DNA of 64,000 nucleotides, taken from the NCBI GenBank assembly GCA_965660445.1, contig CBFIAK010000002.1, forward strand, positions 76,867-140,866, written 5' to 3'. This DNA is from Patescibacteria group bacterium. Lineage in GTDB: Bacteria > Patescibacteriota > Gracilibacteria > UBA4473. The translations under genes and the position numbers were made by a program. A model generated the notes under the pieces. The model was not told the DNA's origin, made no database searches, and saw only the letters and a program-made list of their open reading frames with translations. This document shows, in pieces, positions 59,845 through 64,000 of this stretch (its first letter is position 1; every line of letters begins with the position of its first letter).

Positions 59845-60486
59845 CTACGAAAAAAGAAATTCTGATAATATCTGTTTTTCATATTCACCATCTTTGTTTT
59901 TTGTTTTTGCAAGAAATAATCGGTTGATATTCATCGTATGAATGGGAAGCTCTCTTGTAAATTTAGAATGACGAAAAAGATCACTATCCCCTTGTCCGTA
60001 ATAAAGACTTATATGAGGAATGAAGTTTTGAAACTGATACGCTGGATCTTGAGAGAACGGAATTTCAGAACAAATATCTTGATGTAATTGTGCAAGGAAT
60101 CCGTCTTTGTCGTATACTTCTCGAAACAAACTGTTGGGAAAACAATTTATGTTTCCCAATAGCACTTCAAAAGGTTTATATCGACTGACGATATCAGTGA
60201 GTTTTTTCCGAATAGATCGTTCTTCATTGAGTTGAAAATGAAACCCCATGCGCCCAGGAAGCGCAAGAGTGATATGCATTTTTTGTGCAGGAACCCATAA
60301 TCCTTGATGTGGCTTATGAAGATTTTGTAATGACTGAGATAACGATTCAGAAAAACTGATGTTTTCTACTGCAATCGGTACTTCAATACTATAGAGAAAA
60401 TCAGGAATTTCATTCCACTCACTCGATCCATATTGAGGAAATGTTTTTTCCCAATGAGTATTAAATTTTTGTATATAAGTATCCAT
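59845..60486 (-). CDS. 2H phosphoesterase (2'-5' RNA ligase superfamily)
   Basis: Two HxT/S motifs, MHITL and PHISL. Confidence 0.8.
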   Translation of the reverse strand: MDTYIQKFNTHWEKTFPQYGSSEWNEIPDFLYSIEVPIAVENISFSESLSQSLQNLHKPHQGLWVPAQKMHITLALPGRMGFHFQLNEERSIRKKLTDIVSRYKPFEVLLGNINCFPNSLFREVYDKDGFLAQLHQDICSEIPFSQDPAYQFQNFIPHISLYYGQGDSDLFRHSKFTRELPIHTMNINRLFLAKTKNKDGEYEKQILSEFLFS

Positions 60487-60565
60487 TCAATGTATGTTTT
60501 CTTGTGGTCTGTATTGTGATGCAAAATAGAGAGAGAATCAAATGTTCTCTTCTTAAAAACGAAAC

Positions 60566-62371
60566 TTATGACCCAAACCCAGCCCCCATGTCTTCTTCTC
60601 GCAAGAGAGATCCGTCTCGTCGATAATACCGCCAAATCCCAGTTTTTACGCTGTGGTCAAATGTTCCTTCAGCATACGTGCTTCCGTTGTCATACCACAT
60701 ACGCCAGTAACCATCTTGTTTTCCTTCATCGTATGATCCTTGTTCTTTTAGTTGTCCATTGTTATACCACACAAACGCAACACCTTGGATGATTCCTCCT
60801 TGATAAAAATACTCTGTTCGTTTTTGCCCATTTGGATACCACGATTCCCAAACACCTTCCTTTACTCCGTTTACGAACATTCCTTCTTCTTGTTTTTCTT
60901 CAGTTACGTAATAGGTAATAAAAATTCTTTGTTCTCCTTGTGGTAACCCTGGACGTGATACTTCTGATGAATCGGTATAGATAGTGTAGTTTGGACATGT
61001 GTAATCTTCAATATTGACCCCAGGTGACGGACATGCACATTCAAATAAAACATCTATATTTGCTTCTTGTGCCATACAGTCATTGATGTATGTTCTCATG
61101 TTCACGCCACATACTGGTTCGTATAAATTTGAACATCTCGATTGTGAACTATTACTTCCTCCACTCGTGGTATATTGAGTGCTTCCTCCTGATCCACTTG
61201 AAATATTGAGATTGGAATATACTCCTGAGGGAGGAAGATTCATTTCGTTTGATGTATCGGGTGGTGGGGTTTGTGATGGCGGATTGGTATAGTATTCTTC
61301 AGGTGGCAAATCTTCATCGGGAGTGAGTGGTACAAGCGTTGTAGGAACACTCGAATGTGTTCCATTTTTAGATGTTGATTCATTCTCAATAGGAACACTG
61401 ACTGTTTGGCTTTCAGTTTCAGTTTCTGTCGAATCGACTTGCTCTTGATCTTCTGTTGTAATTGTATTCGTTGTGGTGCTTGGTGTTTGTGTCGTTTGAG
61501 TATTTGTGTTTTGTTGCGTAATGGTAATTTCGTATTCAGTTTGTCCCGTTACGTTTCCATTGGGATCAAAAAATGTCCATGTGCCTTCTCTGATTCCGTC
61601 ATCAAAAAATCCTTCTTCTTTCACCTCTCCATTCTCATGATAGGCTACATGACTTCCATTGGGTACATTTTCAACATAAGAAGTTTGAGAAGCAATCGAT
61701 CCGTCGGGATAATAAGTGGTAACAAGCCCGTTTATTTTTCCATCGACATAAACGGTTTCCTTCTTCTTTTTCCCGTCACTGTACCATTCAGTCCATACTC
61801 CTGTTGCAACACCTTGGTCGTAGTTTTTTTCGCCTTCTTTTACACCAAGTTCATTCCAAAAATACCATGTTCCATCTCGAAGTCCTTCTCTAAAATCACC
61901 TTGTTCGGCAATAGCTCCGTTTGTCCACCAACGAGTCCATCTTTTATACGGTAAACCTTTTTCGTATTCTCCTTCTGCCCATTTCTCACCGCTGGGTTCC
62001 CAAAACTCCCAACGATTCGATCGTAGACCGTCTTTAAAATATCCTTCTTGTGATTTCTGACCGCTTGCATAAGATAACACGCTTTTTCCCGTAAAAGGCC
62101 GACCTTCTGGAAACTCATAAACGCCATCATTTTGAACAAGAGAACTTCCATCAATTGTTTCTCCATCAAATATGTCGGATTCTTCAAGAAGTGCTTCTTG
62201 TTTTTGTCGTTCAATTTCGTCAATTTCTTCTGGTGTAAGTTCTTGATTAACTCTCTTTGGTGCAAGAGGTCGAAGCGTTTCAGGAACCCCTGTTTTTTTT
62301 GTGTCAGAAGTGTCTTCACATCCCCATAAAAATAGTGTAAAAATAACGAGAATAAGTACATTTTTGTGCAT
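60566..62371 (-). CDS. Lipoprotein with MORN2/YwqK-type repeats and an internal Kazal domain
   Basis: Lipobox LWGC; G.W..WY.NG repeats; CSNLYEPVCGVNMRTYINDC...C. Confidence 0.85.
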   Translation of the reverse strand: MHKNVLILVIFTLFLWGCEDTSDTKKTGVPETLRPLAPKRVNQELTPEEIDEIERQKQEALLEESDIFDGETIDGSSLVQNDGVYEFPEGRPFTGKSVLSYASGQKSQEGYFKDGLRSNRWEFWEPSGEKWAEGEYEKGLPYKRWTRWWTNGAIAEQGDFREGLRDGTWYFWNELGVKEGEKNYDQGVATGVWTEWYSDGKKKKETVYVDGKINGLVTTYYPDGSIASQTSYVENVPNGSHVAYHENGEVKEEGFFDDGIREGTWTFFDPNGNVTGQTEYEITITQQNTNTQTTQTPSTTTNTITTEDQEQVDSTETETESQTVSVPIENESTSKNGTHSSVPTTLVPLTPDEDLPPEEYYTNPPSQTPPPDTSNEMNLPPSGVYSNLNISSGSGGSTQYTTSGGSNSSQSRCSNLYEPVCGVNMRTYINDCMAQEANIDVLFECACPSPGVNIEDYTCPNYTIYTDSSEVSRPGLPQGEQRIFITYYVTEEKQEEGMFVNGVKEGVWESWYPNGQKRTEYFYQGGIIQGVAFVWYNNGQLKEQGSYDEGKQDGYWRMWYDNGSTYAEGTFDHSVKTGIWRYYRRDGSLLREEDMGAGFGS

Positions 62372-62478
62372 GTTTTGAGTATACGAAAAAGATATGAAAA
62401 AGAAAAGATAAAAAAATACGCACCGTATTATTCGGGCGTATTTTTTTCATAAGAATATATCTCTTTTTTTGTGATTGT

Positions 62479-63297
62479 TTATCGATTTTCAAGTCCAAAA
62501 TCTCGTTCGAGCCTTCCTCGCCTAAATCGTTTATTATCTAATCGGCTCTCTAAATCAGAATTATTTTTGAGTTTGCTTGGTTTGGGGTCTGGTTTTGGAC
62601 GTTCCCAAAACTGTAATACATTTTTTCTTGCATCCCAGTTCGTGGTCGTCATTGTTTGTACTCCTACCCGAGATTGGGTATCGGTCATGTATCCAGTTCG
62701 TTTCATATTCGTAATACTCCCAATAGAAGGTTTCATCCGAAGGGCTTTATTGGTTCGTCTGTTTTCATTGGTTTCAGTATCACTCTTTTTTTGTGTTTTA
62801 TTTTGAATTACTTTGACTTGTTCTCGAGTTTCAGCACTCTGTATTTTTGGTTGTGTAAATGTTCGACGACGACGATTACTCATGCTTTGAAGGAGTCGTT
62901 GTTGTCGTGACTTATATTCTTGATCATTTTTTATGAGTGCAGATGTCCCAAACGATGCTTGTGATGATGCCTCGTTTGTACTGGACTGACGTCGTTTTTC
63001 TTCAAGTTTTTTACGCAATACATCCCATCGAGATGCATCTCTGCGTTTATTTACTTCTTCGAGACGACTTCCAAAATCAACGGGTTGCACGAGTGTACAT
63101 GACTGAATTGTTTTCCAGTTTTCAGGCACATCGCAAGGAGTCGGAAATTCTTTACATTCTCCATTAGCATTCACAGCTGGTTGAATAACTTGTGCACACA
63201 TTGATGCGTCTTCTGCCAGAGCATTTGTAGAGACTGGAAGCATGACAATACTTGCTATTATAGAAAGGAATAAACGTTGTGTGTGAGTGTATTTCAT
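62479..63297 (-). CDS. Secreted protein with a small Cys-rich domain and a basic tail
   Basis: Signal peptide ending ALA; CAQVIQPA...CKEFPTPCDVPENW. Confidence 0.7.
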   Translation of the reverse strand: MKYTHTQRLFLSIIASIVMLPVSTNALAEDASMCAQVIQPAVNANGECKEFPTPCDVPENWKTIQSCTLVQPVDFGSRLEEVNKRRDASRWDVLRKKLEEKRRQSSTNEASSQASFGTSALIKNDQEYKSRQQRLLQSMSNRRRRTFTQPKIQSAETREQVKVIQNKTQKKSDTETNENRRTNKALRMKPSIGSITNMKRTGYMTDTQSRVGVQTMTTTNWDARKNVLQFWERPKPDPKPSKLKNNSDLESRLDNKRFRRGRLERDFGLENR

Positions 63298-63361
63298 AAT
63301 AAATTGTTTAAGAAACATTTTTCATTCTAGATATTCTTATGAATAAATTCAATATAAAATC

Positions 63362-63970
63362 AGAATCTGGAATCCAGAATCTTGAATCTTGGTACAATCA
63401 CAGGAATCACAAAAAAATCACAAGGTTGTGCACAGCCTTATGATTGTTCCTTATTTCTCAATCTGAATCTCAATCTTCATTCTTAAATTCGAGACCGGTC
63501 TCCAAATTTTGGCTTATATATGTACTTTTTTAACACAAGAACAATTAAATTGCTCAAAAAATAATCTCATAAAAATAGAAATCCTTTATTCATCGAACAA
63601 ACCCGAGACCAGTCTCCAAGTTTTGTTTTCACTGTGCGTTTTTTAGTATTTTTGTAGTTATTATGTAATAATAGAATCTTGAATCCGGAATCTAGAATCT
63701 TGTTTACATCGCAGAAGCGCAATGAAGTGAAAAAGAATTTTCACTTCAGAATTATGAAGTAGGAATTATGAATTATGGGGAAGCGCAGGAGCGCTGAGGC
63801 GCTCGAATCTGGAATCTAAATAAGAATCTTGAATCCGGAATCTTGAATCTTGTTCCCATCGCAGAATCGCATGAATCACAAGGCTGTGCAAAACCTTGTG
63901 ATTGTTCCTTATTTCTCAACCTAAATCTCAATCTTAATTCTTATAAAATGGAGACCGGTCTCCATTTTAC
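63362..63970. repeat. Cluster of modular palindromic repeats (REP/BIME-like)
   Basis: Two ~145-bp units (63362-63510 and 63823-63970) plus a variant unit from 63673; GAATCY heptamers, ATCACAAGG hairpin and GAGACCGGTCTC palindromes. Confidence 0.85.
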
Positions 63971-64000
63971 ATAGGTATAGATTAAAAAAATATCGAAGCT

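Noticed and set aside
63362-63970. CRISPR array
   Set aside because: No constant 25-40-bp repeat separated by unique spacers of uniform length.
1-64000. Genetic code 25 (TGA=Gly) or genome-wide stop recoding
   Set aside because: Conserved genes are uninterrupted under code 11 and end at expected positions with TAA, TAG or TGA (rnc TGA overlaps the lspA ATG).

Overview
A 64-kb AT-rich bacterial chromosomal segment using standard code 11: TAA, TAG and TGA all end conserved genes. Gene content suggests a Patescibacteria/CPR genome, probably Peregrinibacteria- or Gracilibacteria-related. That placement is an inference from the VirB2-like pilin, TM-fused Mur ligase, GT4-GH57-GH15-ROK operon, extended r-proteins and SD-less starts. 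The window opens inside a cas12a gene whose three RuvC motifs are intact but which carries one in-frame TAG at codon 79; it lies just downstream of tRNA-Arg(UCU). Housekeeping genes include rpsP, khpA, tmk, dnaN, mfd, rpmE2, rpmF, nusB, rnc, lspA, rpsT, rpsO, pnp and pcrA, plus four tRNAs. Other notable genes are a Na+-type V-ATPase operon lacking A/B/D, an NCKX-like exchanger, a lone nicotianamine synthase, a catalytically degenerate PdxS and many surface proteins (SLH, LPXTG, C1q/collagen fibre, decapeptide-repeat fibre, MORN-Kazal). Non-coding structure includes a 2-kb insert flanked by ~130-bp duplications of a bidirectional promoter and both gene starts, a duplication/motif cluster around tRNA-Leu with a covarying hairpin, and a dispersed modular palindromic repeat family. 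No CRISPR array is visible. All functional calls come from motif recognition by eye, not database searches.
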